This document shows, in pieces, positions 14,058 through 28,612 of a stretch of DNA of 64,000 bases. The translations under genes and the position numbers were made by a program. The DNA comes from Eledone cirrhosa (lineage: Eukaryota): contig OZ024746.1 in NCBI GenBank assembly GCA_964016885.1, forward strand, positions 55,304,001 through 55,368,000. The letters are read 5' to 3'. Within the stretch, counting starts at the first letter, position 1, and every line of letters begins with the position of its first letter. A model generated the notes under the pieces. It did not search any database. It had not been told where the DNA came from and saw only the letters and a list, made by a program, of their open reading frames with translations.

Positions 14058-14649
14058 AAGATACACACATACCAACATATATACGTATGTCTTCAGCTAT
14101 GCATAATAATACCACAAATTCACATATCACAAAGCATATGATGAATTGGCAATAACATGGGCTTTGCAAAGACTAGCATCAATTGTTTAACGAATTATTA
14201 TTGAATTTGTGAAGACACGGCTTAATTCTTCGGGAGTTCGGCAGCCCAATGCGTCCCACAGCAAGAATTAGCTGTACCCGTAATACAAAGGACAACATTG
14301 GCATTCACTTTTTCATGCGAAATCATGAACATTACATTTCTATAATGCGCAGCCACTTGCTCGTTAGTTTCTTGATCATGCTATTATATTGATCAAACAA
14401 CAGGAGAACTCGCCCTGAGAACTGAGGGCGGTTCAACAGCATTATTGAATTTAAATTTATATTTAATGATGTTGGAATAGCTTTCATCCTCATTGTTAAA
14501 GAATTAGTATATGCCACCTGAGTCTTTTAATGCAATTCTCTTCTGTATAAAACGTTTATATACTCATTTTTCTTGTCATGATATCTGTATTGTTTTTACG
14601 TAAATTAATTTTTTGTGTCTGCATTATGTATGCGAGTGTTTGTCTACGA

Positions 14650-15120
14650 ACGTATGTATGCATGTATGTATGTATCCATCTATATATGTAAGTATATATG
14701 TGTGTATGTATGTGTGTAAAAATGTATGTGTGTAGTTATGTATGTATGTATATATGTACGTACGTATATGTCTCTCTATGTATGTATATACGTACGTACG
14801 TATATGTTTCTCTATATACGTACGTATTTGTCTCTCTATGTATATATGTACGTATTTGTCTCTCTATGTATGTATATACGTACGTACGTATATGTCTCTC
14901 TATGTTTGCATATATGTACGTACGTATGTCTCTCTATGTATGTATGTATGTATATACGTATATGTCTATCTATGTATGTATATATGTACGTATATGTCTC
15001 TCTATGTAAGTATATATATGTACGTATATGTCTCTCTATGTATGTATATATGTACGTACGTATGTCTCTCTATGTATGTATATATGTACGTACGTATGTC
15101 TCTCTATGTATGTATAATGT
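14650..15120. repeat. minisatellite of about 30 bp (TATGTCTCTCTATGTATGTATATATGTACGTACG-like)
   Basis: direct reading. Confidence 0.9.
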
Positions 15121-16336
15121 ATGGAGATGCCTATGGAATTAAAAGCTTGGCACTGGATGTTTATTAATATTATTCTGGTGTGTTTATTTCATAAGAATCG
15201 TTTGAAGAAGATATTTTCTCTCTAATAAGAAATATTAAGTTCCGAAGAAAAGTTTGCAATAGTTTCCAAAGTAATCTACATGTGAACCCATATGTTATCA
15301 GAAATTCTGAACATATTTACCACCAGTCAGATACGACTAAGTATCTTAACTCGCTAAACCGTGATTACTTCCGCAGATTTCTGCCATCGTAATATACGGT
15401 GTCATAGAAATCGAACCCTGGCATAGGTCATTTCTTTTTCAGGCCCGAACACCACATATCCCTTTCAGAGAAAGGGAGAGCAAAATAGAAAACGAACGAA
15501 TAAACTCCAGTATCTTACTTGTTCTGTATTTATAGATCTGAAAATGGGGAAAAGAAGAGTAGAACTGGGTGGGATTTGAATACAGAGCGCAGAGATTCGG
15601 AACAAATACCGAAAAGCATGTTATTAAATTCTGTCGCTTCGCCGTTTCTGAACACAATGTGCCCAGTAGAAATCAATGTATAGTTATTTCCCTTTAATTT
15701 CACCCCACCTTATCTTGTTACCTCACCCTCTGTCCTGCAATCCTACAATTCCCTCTCCTTTGTCGCAACTGCTTCCTACTACCACACCCCATACTCCCAT
15801 TCTCTCTCAGAGATTCGATCAAGCTAATTTGTTCAGGAAATATGATCAAACTCTTAAATAATTTATTTTTCTTCACCGAGGAAAATCTCAGCAGATGCTA
15901 AATTTATTTAATTATTGAAACATAGAATGGTGACTGGGTGTGTTTGATGGAATATAGTGGTGTTGTTGTGTTGTGTGGTGTGATGTTATGTGATGTGATG
16001 TGGTATGGTGTGGTTTGGAGTAGTGTTGTGAATGTAGTGGCGGTCGAATATACTTGCATTGGTTAGATGTGCAGGGTATTAAGTAGATGAGGGGTGATGA
16101 GAAATAGTAAGAGGAGATATTTCGTGATAGGTGATGGGAGAGGCTTAACAAGATATTTTCTAGAGGAGAGGTGGGCGGTAGAACGGTGGTAGTGATAAAA
16201 CTGGTTGGAAACAGAAGTAATAAGGCATAACGTTTTTAGAATGTATGTATATGAATGGTTTAATATCTATATAGCAATTTCTTTAACTATTTAGTTTTCT
16301 CTCTCTTAGGCCCTTATAAATATATATATACATATA

Positions 16337-16525
16337 TAAAAGAAAACTTTTCGCACTACATGGCTGAATACAATAAATGTAATCTGAGTTTTTCGAATAT
16401 TAATAATAACATTCGATTCGTTCGCAATTACTCAAAGAAGCCTCAATGTTATAGCCATGTCAGTACAATGAACCCTTCATTCGTGGTGTTGTGTTGCCAT
16501 GTACTGATGAAAGGTGATACTACAA

Positions 16526-16530
<5 letters not shown>
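16337..16530 (-). mobile_element. family G 3' end with inverted partial HHR core at 16501-16530
   Basis: homologous to 33998-34204 and 34491-34668. Confidence 0.7.
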
Positions 16531-17900
<1,370 letters not shown>

Positions 17901-18081
17901 GTTCCTTTATTATATATATATATATACATACGTTTTTAAATATATATATATATACATATGTTTATATATATATATATATATATGTATATGCACATGTTTA
18001 TATATATATATATATATATACATATATTTATATATATATATATATATATAAGCCCGCGCTCACACACAAACACACACACAC

Positions 18082-19362
18082 GTAGGGCCTACATAGGGTT
18101 AACCGCCAATAGATTCAAGCAGCGTCTTTACATGCATATCCATTCTTTTCGTTATCCTCTAAGAAGGAATATGACGTCACTTTCTGCTTATATCTGGAGT
18201 CTAAAAGACAACCACACCCAATATAAGTTACACTGGGAGATCCTAGCGTGGGCTAGATCGTATAACGGAAATAAAAGACCATGTGACCTCTGCGCCGCTG
18301 AGGCCCTGGAAATACTCTACGCCACAGACCACATCTTAAACAAAAAATCTGAGGCAATTTCGGCTTGTAAACATAAATTGCACAACACTTTCCTGTATTA
18401 CAGCCCCACGTTATACCCTAACGGATAGTACGATCTATACGTGGATTTTTTACGTCTCGATGTGGGAGCTAAGTATACCTTTACTTATTTGCATAGGTAA
18501 GTATATATTATCCGTATGTTTTGTGAAGGTACGTATACCTTCTCGTACGTATATTTATTTGTTATGGCGTATAATTGTTTTAATATATTCTGGTACATAT
18601 GGTTCGGCTATGTGTATACGGGAGTTTTGCGTCTGTGTGAGTATGCAAGTTCGTACGTATGTAGGGCGTGTGTATATGTGTACTTCATGTTTTGGTTGAC
18701 TTACGTTTCCGAACATTCGTGTATTTACATGTAGGTATGTGTGTGCGCTTCTTATATACGTATTTATTTATTTATATACGTTTATATAATTATTTATTTA
18801 TTTGTATACACGCTTACACACACACACACATTTATATGTGCGTGGTTTTGTTTACCCATGGTAAGTTTTTGCGTATGCTTGTGTATGTACATTTCTGTTT
18901 GCGTGTATGCATTTATTTATTTCTATTACTTCTGTATTGTATTATTTACTTTGTTCTTAACTCTGTAGCGGAGATTCATTCGGTCTCCTAGTTAGAATTT
19001 AGTCTACGATTTCTGCTATACCATTTACGTGGTTTTGTCTTTGCGTGCTATTGTTCTCCACGGTCCACATATGACGTATTATCTTCGTTTTTTTCGTTCA
19101 TCGCCAGAGAACGTTTCCACGAACCAAAGTATCGTCTTCCTGTCTTCCTCCGGTTGCAACGTTTTTTGAAATATCCAGTTCTGCGTTTACATATTGACTT
19201 TGTTAGTTTCAGAAGATCCCGTTAAGGGTGAAAGCAGCGATTCTTTGCTTAAACTTTAATCTGTTATTTTAATAAATATTTGCTCTACGGTTCTTATATA
19301 TTTGATATATATTTATCCTTATCGAGCCCTCTCTGGATTTTAGACTTCAAATTTATTATTAT

Positions 19363-19367
<5 letters not shown>
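18082..19367 (+). mobile_element. 5'-truncated PLE family A copy (GIY-YIG C-terminus 18082-18428, 3' UTR, HHR 19205-19255)
   Basis: AYIGLTANRFKQRLYMH...CDLCAAE...LNKKSE; near-identical to 51160-52596. Confidence 0.9.
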
Positions 19368-19429
<62 letters not shown>

Positions 19430-19433
<4 letters not shown>

Positions 19434-20210
19434 CACCAGGCTGTTGCCATTTTACGTCTGTAAGTATAGATTTAATATTTAATATTTAATAATATTTAAT
19501 ATTTAATATTAGATCGATACACGCGGACTATATGTACTTGAATTAAGGTATTTCTATCTGGCTAAAAAATTATTGTCATTTTGCAAAAAAACACATTAGT
19601 GTTGATCATATTTTTTTTAATTGTACTGTAATGCTCAGAAGTATTTTCTTAGAGCTTAATAATTGTATTTGACTACTAAATTGAAATAAATCTGCTCCTT
19701 CGGTAGAGCTGAATTCATAATCCCATATATACGGCTGTTATTTCTAGCACCATGGATATGAGCCAGAATGCTGAGAAGGTCGTGTGCAAAAGCACATGTA
19801 TTAGGCCTGCGACAGATCAGTCTTAAGAGTATTATCTTAGGAGAAGTAACTATAATTTCTGGGTGCCTATTGAAAATCACAGAAAATTGATTACTTCACT
19901 AATAATTATTTTATAAATAGTTGTTCCGTAATTAATTAATTATTTCATTAGTATACCATCCCTTGTGAAACAGGTTTATGTTTTGAAGTTCCGACCGATC
20001 TGCTGAAAAGGTTTGAATTTTGAAATGTAAACTTGTCTTGGCACCAGGCAGTTGCCATTTTACGTCTGTAAGTATAGATTTAATATTTAATATTATCTAG
20101 ATCGATACAGGCGGACTATATGTACTTGAATTAAGGTATTTCTATCTGGCTAACAAATTATTGTCATTTTGCAAAAATAACACATTAGTGTTGGTCATAT
20201 TTTTTAAATT

Positions 20211-20216
<6 letters not shown>
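19430..20216 (+). mobile_element. family J non-coding element, about 608 bp unit x 1.3 (terminal direct repeats 19433-19627 / 20041-20216)
   Basis: direct repeat read from sequence; flanked by (TA)n. Confidence 0.85.
19862..20045 (+). ncRNA. large variant hammerhead (U3-A8 core, 22-bp stem III, GUC)
   Basis: GGTGCCTA-TTGAAAA-[about 90 nt]-GAA-ACAGGTTTATGTTTTGAAGTTC/GAATTTTGAAATGTAAACTTGT-C-TTGGCACC; stem II register ambiguous. Confidence 0.65.
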
Positions 20217-20278
<62 letters not shown>

Positions 20279-20333
20279 TACATATATATATATATATATA
20301 TAGATACATATATATATATATATATATATATAG

Positions 20334-20369
<36 letters not shown>

Positions 20370-20467
20370 GCCCGCGCTCACACACAAATACACATTATAT
20401 TTAATATAATAAACATTATTTACTACTTATCTATCCATCTATATATATAAATATAAGTATATACATA

Positions 20468-20589
<122 letters not shown>

Positions 20590-20682
20590 TGCGTGTGAGT
20601 GTATAAATATCTGTATAAATGCACTGATCGAACGGACGCAATGACCGCATGGATGCTGTTATTATTGTTTATAATTGCTTTC

Positions 20683-20930
<248 letters not shown>

Positions 20931-21021
20931 TATATATATATATATGTGTGTGTGTGTTTGTTTTTGTGTGTGTGTATGCATGTATATGTCTACATACATA
21001 TTTATATTTATATATGTAATA

Positions 21022-21083
<62 letters not shown>

Positions 21084-21405
21084 GGCATAATTTACCTATT
21101 TATATTAGGTCCAATAACGCTCTCATAACTCCCTGTAGTACGAAAGTGAACATCGCATCGAATATTTCCGGGGATGATGTGCAACTGGGTTTCTATATTA
21201 AGCAAACCCATCTTTCATTATGGAAATTGCATTTCCCACGAGTGAGCAGTTAAACAACATATATTCCTTTGTTCATTCGTCCTATGTGTTTCGCTTCCTA
21301 CCTGTTCAAATTTGCCATTTATCTATTAGTACTATAATACTGCCGGCTCATTATTTAATTATACCTCTCTCTCTCTCTCTTTCGCTCTCTCTCTCTCTTT
21401 TTCTG

Positions 21406-21439
<34 letters not shown>

Positions 21440-21442
<3 letters not shown>

Positions 21443-21656
21443 CAGAAAAAAAGCGAATCAGTGTTGTGACGAATGGAATTTATTGGATATATTACAATCG
21501 TAATAAATATTACTATCATTGTAATATGTCCAAAAAATTCCATTCGTCGCAACACTGATTCCCTTTTTTTCTGTTATATCATACTCATCTCTATGAGAGC
21601 ATCGAGTGCTCATACGGCCTACCGCATACTGATGCTTTAAGCATCCAACACCAATT
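21440..21656 (+). mobile_element. small fold-back element with tail, no HHR core retained
   Basis: 21442-21503 inverted to 21511-21575; flanked by (TA)n. Confidence 0.6.
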
Positions 21657-21664
21657 ATATATAT

Positions 21665-21697
<33 letters not shown>

Positions 21698-21936
21698 ATA
21701 TATTTAGAAACACACAGATACATGCGGACACACACATATATACATGAATGCATCCGCACCCAACTGTGAGTTAAGGGTGCCAACTTCACCGATGTTGCTC
21801 AATGAATGACTGGGACAGACCAATTCAGTTGAAGTAGACTGAACCAGTATCAGAGTTAAAAATACATTATGAAGAGAGAAGAAACATTTAGATATAATTA
21901 GTAATAAAATGTATCATACCTAAACTGCTCCTAAAT

Positions 21937-22026
21937 TCCTCGACTACGTAGTTTCGTGGCATAAACAAAAACAATATATCATAAAGACATGGAGTCCCTG
22001 CGAGGTCTGCCGACTTATCAAGAGGA
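21937..22026 (-). ncRNA. type I hammerhead, U3-A8 variant, family F
   Basis: reverse complement of 22673-22762. Confidence 0.75.
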
Positions 22027-22672
22027 TACCTCATTTTACTAGTCTCAAGAACGCGTCTACACGACGTGAGAAAGAATCCCAAAAGGCGGAGGGGGAGATA
22101 GTCACGCGATATAACGGTCGAGAAACAGAGCTAAGCCTCTTATAACCACGAAAAAAATACCACAGAGGCGGAGGGGGTATTCATATCGAGGCCGCAGAAG
22201 AGGTGGTGAAGAAGGCGAGAAGTATGAGTAATGGAAGCTTTCCAGTTGTCCCCACACTTCAAAGATTGCTCGACCAGAGGGAGTTATTAACAATATATTT
22301 AGAAACACACAGATACATGCGGACACACACATATATACATGAATGCATCCGCACCCAACTGTGAGTTAAGGGTGTGTCCGCATGTATCTGTGTGTTTCTA
22401 AATATATTGTTAATAACTCCCTCTGGTCGAGCAATCTTTGAAGTGTGGGGACAACTGGAAAGCTTCCATTACTCATACTTCTCGCCTTCTTCACCACCTC
22501 TTCTGCGGCCTCGATATGAATACCCCCTCCACCTCTGTGGTATTTTTTCGTGGTTATAAGAGGCTTAGCTCTGTTTCTCGACCGTTATATCGCGTGACTA
22601 TCTCCCCCTCCGCCTTTTGGGATTCTTTCTCACGTCGTGTAGACGCGTTCTTGAGACTAGTAAAATGAGGTA

Positions 22673-22762
22673 TCCTCTTGATAAGTCGGCAGACCTCGCA
22701 GGGACTCTAGGTCTTTATGATATATTGTTTTTGTTTATGCCACGAAACTACGTAGTCGAGGA
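22673..22762 (+). ncRNA. type I hammerhead, U3-A8 variant, family F
   Basis: TCCTC-TTGATAA-GTcGGCA...TGCCAC-GAAAC-TACGTA-GTC-GAGGA. Confidence 0.78.
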
Positions 22763-23267
22763 ATTTAGGAGCAGTTTAGGTATGATACATGTTATTACTA
22801 ATTATATCTAAATGTTTCTTCTCTCTTCATAATGTATTTTTAACTCTGATACTGGTTCAGTCTAGTTCAACTGAATTGGTCTGTCCCAGTCATTCATTGA
22901 GCAACATCGGTGAAGTTGGCACCCTTAACTCACAGTTGGGTGCGGATGCATTCATGTATATATGTGTGTGTCCGCATGTATCTGTGTGTTTCTAAATATA
23001 TTGTTAATAACTCCCTCTGGTCGAGCAATCTTTGAAGTGTGGGGACAACTGGAAAGCTTCCATTACTCATACTTCTCGCCTTCTTCACCACCTCTTCTGC
23101 GGCCTCGATATGAATACCCCCTCCGCCTCTGTGGTATTTTTTTCGTGGTTATAAGAGGCTTAGCTCTGTTTCTCGACCGGTATATCGCGTGACTATCTCC
23201 CCCTCCGCCTTTTGGGATTCTTTCTCACGTCGTGTAGACGCGTTCTTGAGACTAGTAAAATGAGGTA

Positions 23268-23357
23268 TCCTCTTGATAAGTCGGCAGACCTCGCAAGGAC
23301 TCTATGTCTTTATGATATATTGTTTTTGTTTATGCCACGAAACTACGTAGTCGAGGA
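23268..23357 (+). ncRNA. type I hammerhead, U3-A8 variant, family F
   Basis: same motif 595 bp downstream. Confidence 0.78.
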
Positions 23358-23451
23358 ATTTAGGAGCAGTTTAGGTATGATACATTTTATTACTAATTAT
23401 ATCTAAATGTTTCTTCTCTCTTCATAATATATATATATATATATATATATA

Positions 23452-25345
23452 ATGGAAAATTTGAACAGGAACAAAACAGAGAGGCAGTACAACGAATGTT
23501 TATTAATTTCACGCTCTGGAGAGTGGGGTGGTGGTGGGGAACGACGTTTCGGGCATAAGCCCTTCCTCAGGTGAGAAGTATGTGGGAAGAGAGTTCAAAG
23601 GGTGTGTATGGGAGTGGTGGAGAGACATAGAGCGAAAAGGGGGTGGGAGGAAACGGTACGAATGAAATTAAAAATAAAAATAAAAATAAAGCATGATCAA
23701 AATAAAATGAAATGAAATAAAAATAAATATAAAAGCATGATCAAAATAAACTGAAATTAAAAAGGGGTAAAACAGGTGGTGGAAGGGTGTGGGGTGTGTA
23801 TGGGTGGTCGCGGGTGGAGTGGGGGAGGGAGACGGGGTGTCCGAGCGGGGAGGGCTGAAGGTGGTGCGTGTGTGTGTAGGTGTACGTGTGTGTGTCTGTA
23901 TGTGAAAGCAAGGGTTGGGGGAAGAACGGGGTTGCATTTTCAGGAAGAGGTGTGTGTGGGGTGGGGTGTAGTTCTGAGTGTATGTACGTGTGTCGATAGA
24001 GGGGTTGGGGGGAGAGGAATCCGGAGCTGAAGGTGTAAATATGTGGTTGAAAGCACGTGTGTGTGGGGTTTAAGCGTGTTGTGGGTGTAGTTGGCGTGTG
24101 GGACAAACACGTTTTTTGGGTGTGTGTGTGGGTGAGTTATATAGGTGATTCCGTAAGAGGATGTTGTTGAAATGTTGGTAAACTCCTATGATGTTAGTAG
24201 ATTCCACGGGGGTCAAGTTCCACATACGAGTATTCCATGAAGAGATGGTCGGAAGAGGAGAGATGTGGGGTGCGCGCGCAACAGGAAGTGGTCAAGGCGG
24301 TGGGAGTGCTGTGTATCTGTTTGTGCTGGGAGGTGGTCAGAGGGCATAGCAGCAGTCGGGTGGATTGGTAAAGGGGCGAGGATGGGTAGGTGTGAAAGTT
24401 GGAATGTGGAGGGTGTGTGTGTGTATTAGTAGAGATGTTAGTGGGATGAGTGAGTGTGGAGAAAGGGTGTGGGTGGAGCGGGGAGAGAAGGATGTGGGGG
24501 TTGATGGAGGATGTGTGGTGTACTGGTGTTTGTGTAGTTTGATGAAGGGGATGCTAGTGGGTGTTAGTATACAGGAGGTGGGGAAAGGGTTGAATGCAGG
24601 TGTGAGTGGGGGTTAGTGGTGGTAGGGTGTGTAGAGTTGGTGGTGTACGAGGGTGTGTGGATACGTGTGCGTGGGGTTGGGGGGGTCAGGGGGTGTTAGT
24701 GATGTTAGTTGCGGGGTGGTGGGATGGAGGTGTGTGGGTGAGGGTTAGTGGTGGTAGTAGGGTGTGTGTTTAGTGTGAGCGCGTGTATATATGTGCCGGT
24801 ATAAGGAGGGGGGAGGAGAATAAGGGAGGGATGTTAGTATGTTAGTTGGGGAAGGATGGTCGAATGAGGGGTGGAGTGGAGGTGTTAGTATTGTTAGTTG
24901 TGGGGTGGGCGGTGAAAAGGAGGGATGTGTTAGTGGTGTTAGTGGGGGATATATGTGGGGGGAGGGGGGTCGAAGGCTAAAGGAATAAGGGTGGGGAGTT
25001 CAGGCCGGGGGGAGTGTGGGTCTGTAAGATGAAGATGGTTCTTTGTTCGACTCTGAGTAGATTGGCGGGTGTTCCGTGGCATTGGAAGGTTTGAGGCGAT
25101 GAGTGCATATGACTATTCGTAAAATTTGAGTATTCTCAGCGAGAAAGGTAGTCCTGTACAGATGGATACTATTGACATAGCAAAGTATTTTTCCGTGAGT
25201 GTGTGTGTGGGGGGGGGGGTAAGAAAAGCCACAATTCGCATGGAGAGTGTAAGAAAGAAAGTTAAAGTTATGAGATTAGAAATGAGAGGTTTAAGAGAAA
25301 CGAAGAGGAGGAGAGGAGGAAAATGGAGACGAAAGTGACGGAGCA
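23452..25345 (-). mobile_element. putative decayed or internally deleted PLE with C-rich sense strand
   Basis: 3' end has a minimal HHR plus AATAAA; strong G/C skew; inverted fragment 25410-25490 matches 25085-25155; protein similarity weak. Confidence 0.5.
23541..23572 (-). ncRNA. minimal PLE-type hammerhead
   Basis: AC-CTGAGGA-AGGGCttatGCCC-GAAAC-GTC-GT; loopless ACGT stem III. Confidence 0.7.
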
Positions 25346-26499
25346 AGAATTTCCGTTCTATTTGTTGTTATATATTAACCCCACAAAAAATGCAAATAGT
25401 ATCAAGTTGTTCATGGCTACCTTTCACGCTGGCAATACTCAACTTTTATGAATATTCATATACACGCATACACTCATCGTTTCAAACCTTTTTAATTAAT
25501 ATTTTATACATTACACGAGCCAGGTCAGACTTTCTACACCGAAACGTTAGGTTGCAAGAGACAGGTAACTCTTTATATCTTTATTTTCAACCCCTTTTCA
25601 ACCTCTCTTTCTCACACTATCTATTATTGTGTCTCCCGTTTTCGCCTCCCCTTGTTGTTTTTACCGCTGTTACCTCTTCTTACTGCTGATGTTATTCTCG
25701 TTCGAATAGCAAACATACGCTATCTTTGTCTCTCCCGCCATTGGCTCCCTTCATTTTTGCCACTGCTGCTACTGTTATTTCTGCCTACTGTGCAGCTGCT
25801 CCATTTCGAACAGCAAACCGATCGCGGTTTGAGGTACCCCATTGTTCTCTAATTCCCCTTTTCTGGCGTTTGAACAACAGTAATTTGATACCTGTTGCGC
25901 GTCAATAGTTCTGGACATAATCTTGATTGTAGTTCAAATCTGGAAAGAAGACCAGCCCTCATTTACAATGTACTCAATCTTAACTATAATAAAGGAAGAT
26001 CTGCGGGTTTGCGTCCAGAATATATTTTTTTACCCCGTTTGTAAAATAAGTTGGATTACTTTGAATAAATAATTGTTTCTACTTTTGGCACAAGGCCAGC
26101 AAATACCCAGTGTATTAGTGGTACTTTACTGGTACTTTGAATAAATAATGAATGAATATTACATAATTGATGTGCTAAATTTCGTGGCTGTTGACTAAAA
26201 ATATTTTATAGCTTAATCTTTAAAATTCACTTCTTTAAAATTAACAAATGTCAACACTTCCGGTTAGCGACGGAAATATATTATAACACTTATATTCGCA
26301 TATATTTCCGTCGCTAATTTTCTCCTAATGCAGTTTATATATGAGGTCGACTTTTTTTTTATATATCATGGATCATTGATTACAGAAGACAGTGTAACAT
26401 AGGCTTTGTTCAATTTCTGTGTATATTGTCAATTACGATTTTATTTGATGTATCATATTTACATGCATATATATTTGTGTATAATATCAATATACACAC

Positions 26500-28612
26500 T
26501 ACACAATCTAGCAGAAAACCACACGTGGGGTGGTTTTTCTGCTAGTATATATAATACCGATATAAATACCATAAGTGAAACCGGACTCCCAGGTATGTTC
26601 AACATCTAAGTAGGAGAATGGTACCCAGTCTTCTGGTTCGGAAAATGTTGGTATAATCATCAGATCTGATATTGCCAAATCACTAACATCATTCCCAAAT
26701 GGTTTCAATCATCATATCACGACCCTGTCTCTAGATTGAGACAACAGCACCTATGTTACACTGGTGAGTTGTTACATCCCAACTCTCTACTCATCGGAGC
26801 AGGATATATAATCATTTTATGATCAACTTCACACAGTAGTTCCCACAGCTCCTTACAAGCATATGCTCATATGATGAAATATTTCAATGCTAGAGTTGGT
26901 AATTGCTATGAAACATAGCATGACATCCTTGTGGTTTATAGCATGGGAGCTATGAAACCAAATTGACTTAGGGTGCTTTCACTTTGTTGGGAATTTGATC
27001 TTAGTAATACTGATAGCTTTTTTAAACAGCCTCCAATGCATAAGACAACATGTACGCATCCTAGATCCAAGGATCGGCACATGATGAACTATGACAACTC
27101 ACATAGTATTCTAATGACAAGCTTTTTAGCGTCTCCCTTCTCTACATTGCAGGCGAGGAACCTTTCCGTATTATTCTCAACAGAATTACATCCAGACTTG
27201 TGGATATTTTCTAACCTGAAAATCGACGTAGTTTCTGCACAGGGCGGGGTAAATTGACATTACTACCCCCCCTCCCTGCCAGTTTGGAGAGTATGTTGGC
27301 GAAATGAACCACGACCTGTTTATGGTTTTCTCTATTTGACGAAATATTATGAAACCCTCAATCACAAAACTCTTTTGAAAAGCCTCAAAAAGCTTGATAT
27401 CAAAGACAATAGGCTGAATATCATCATGTTTTATCATAAGACCATGAAAGCATCAACTATGTCAAATGGTGAGTTCTCTAATAACTTTGGTGTGACAAAC
27501 CGTACGAAGTAGAATAATGTCATCGCTCCTGTTCCCTGGATTGTAATTCTCTCTAATGCATTTGACGAAATGGTAGACATTTGGTGACTTAGGCACTGGT
27601 GTTAGATATGCATTCCGTACATCATGTTGGATTTGCAACCATCAGCCATTTAGGGTAAATGATTCATACGAACGAGTATTACCCCTGATTTACTGTTTGT
27701 GATGATGCTTCACTTGTTGCAATATCCCTCAAAGATGTCCAAGTATTGATTGACCACTTGTAGCTTGTCTAACACGTTTGACTTAACAATCAGCATTTGA
27801 AAAACAGAAATGGTGCATCAAACGAAGGCCAACCCCAAGGGCAAGATATTAAACAGGGACAGCCTTGGCATGGGCTTCTCCATGTTCCTATCAACAATCT
27901 ACTGTATGCGAACATTTTTACTTAATCTGGCAGAAGTTGAACCCTTCTGACGCCTTTGCAGACTACATCATCGTCTATGGCATATCGGAGGTGCATCATG
28001 AAAAATGAAGTTGAAGTCTGTCATGCAGTGGTACTGACAAGTCTTTTATGCGGCTCGGAGACATGGGCAATACATCGCACCCACATTGTTAATCTTCCAC
28101 AACTTCTTTCCTTGCTTTATCTTTAGGTGTGCACTTTCTGACAGAGACCCCAACGACGATCTGTTGACGAAGTGCAAAATCAGTAGGATTTACTCAGATC
28201 TGGTGCATTCTCAATTTAGATGGAATGGCAATGTCCTACGGATGACTGAGGACTTAAAACCCAAGGTACCGTTAAAGAGTCAACCTCATAATGGTACGCG
28301 TTATGTAGACAGACAATTACTCAGATATAAAGATACATGGATATACAATCTTAAATCTGTGAAAATACGTCTTACTTCGTTTGAAAACCTAGCTTTTGAA
28401 CGTGGTAAAAAGTGAAATCGTCCATGAAATAATGATTAAGTTTGGAAAATTTCATCTGATCTACTTTCGTGATCTAAAGTGTAACACAAAGATTCGATCG
28501 CAGTTCCTATACTGCACCGCTCAAAACCCTATTGTCTGCACTAAATGTGACATAATCCGTACATCAACAACTGAACTGAAGTGTCAGTTAAGGCATAACT
28601 ATATACCATGAA
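26500..28612 (+). pseudogene. heavily decayed RTE-type LINE (APE endonuclease, RT and C-terminal fragments, internal deletion)
   Basis: ISETGLPG, TLVSCYIPT, FNARVG, LLCGSETW, QFRWNGNVLRM, RQLLRYKD motifs across broken frames. Confidence 0.75.

Larger units (their letters stand above)
21699..23428. mobile_element. family F non-coding element: 595 bp unit, minus arm 21699-22374 (about 1.1 units) and plus arm 22372-23428 (about 1.8 units)
   Basis: tandem and inverted copies nearly identical; repeated short ORFs in the ORF track confirm the periodicity; flanked by (TA)n. Confidence 0.9.

Noticed and set aside
22102-23406. Repeated 64-76 aa ORFs in family F as a gene family
   Set aside because: Recurrence is due to the DNA repeat; no recognisable domain, non-ATG starts, one copy frameshifted
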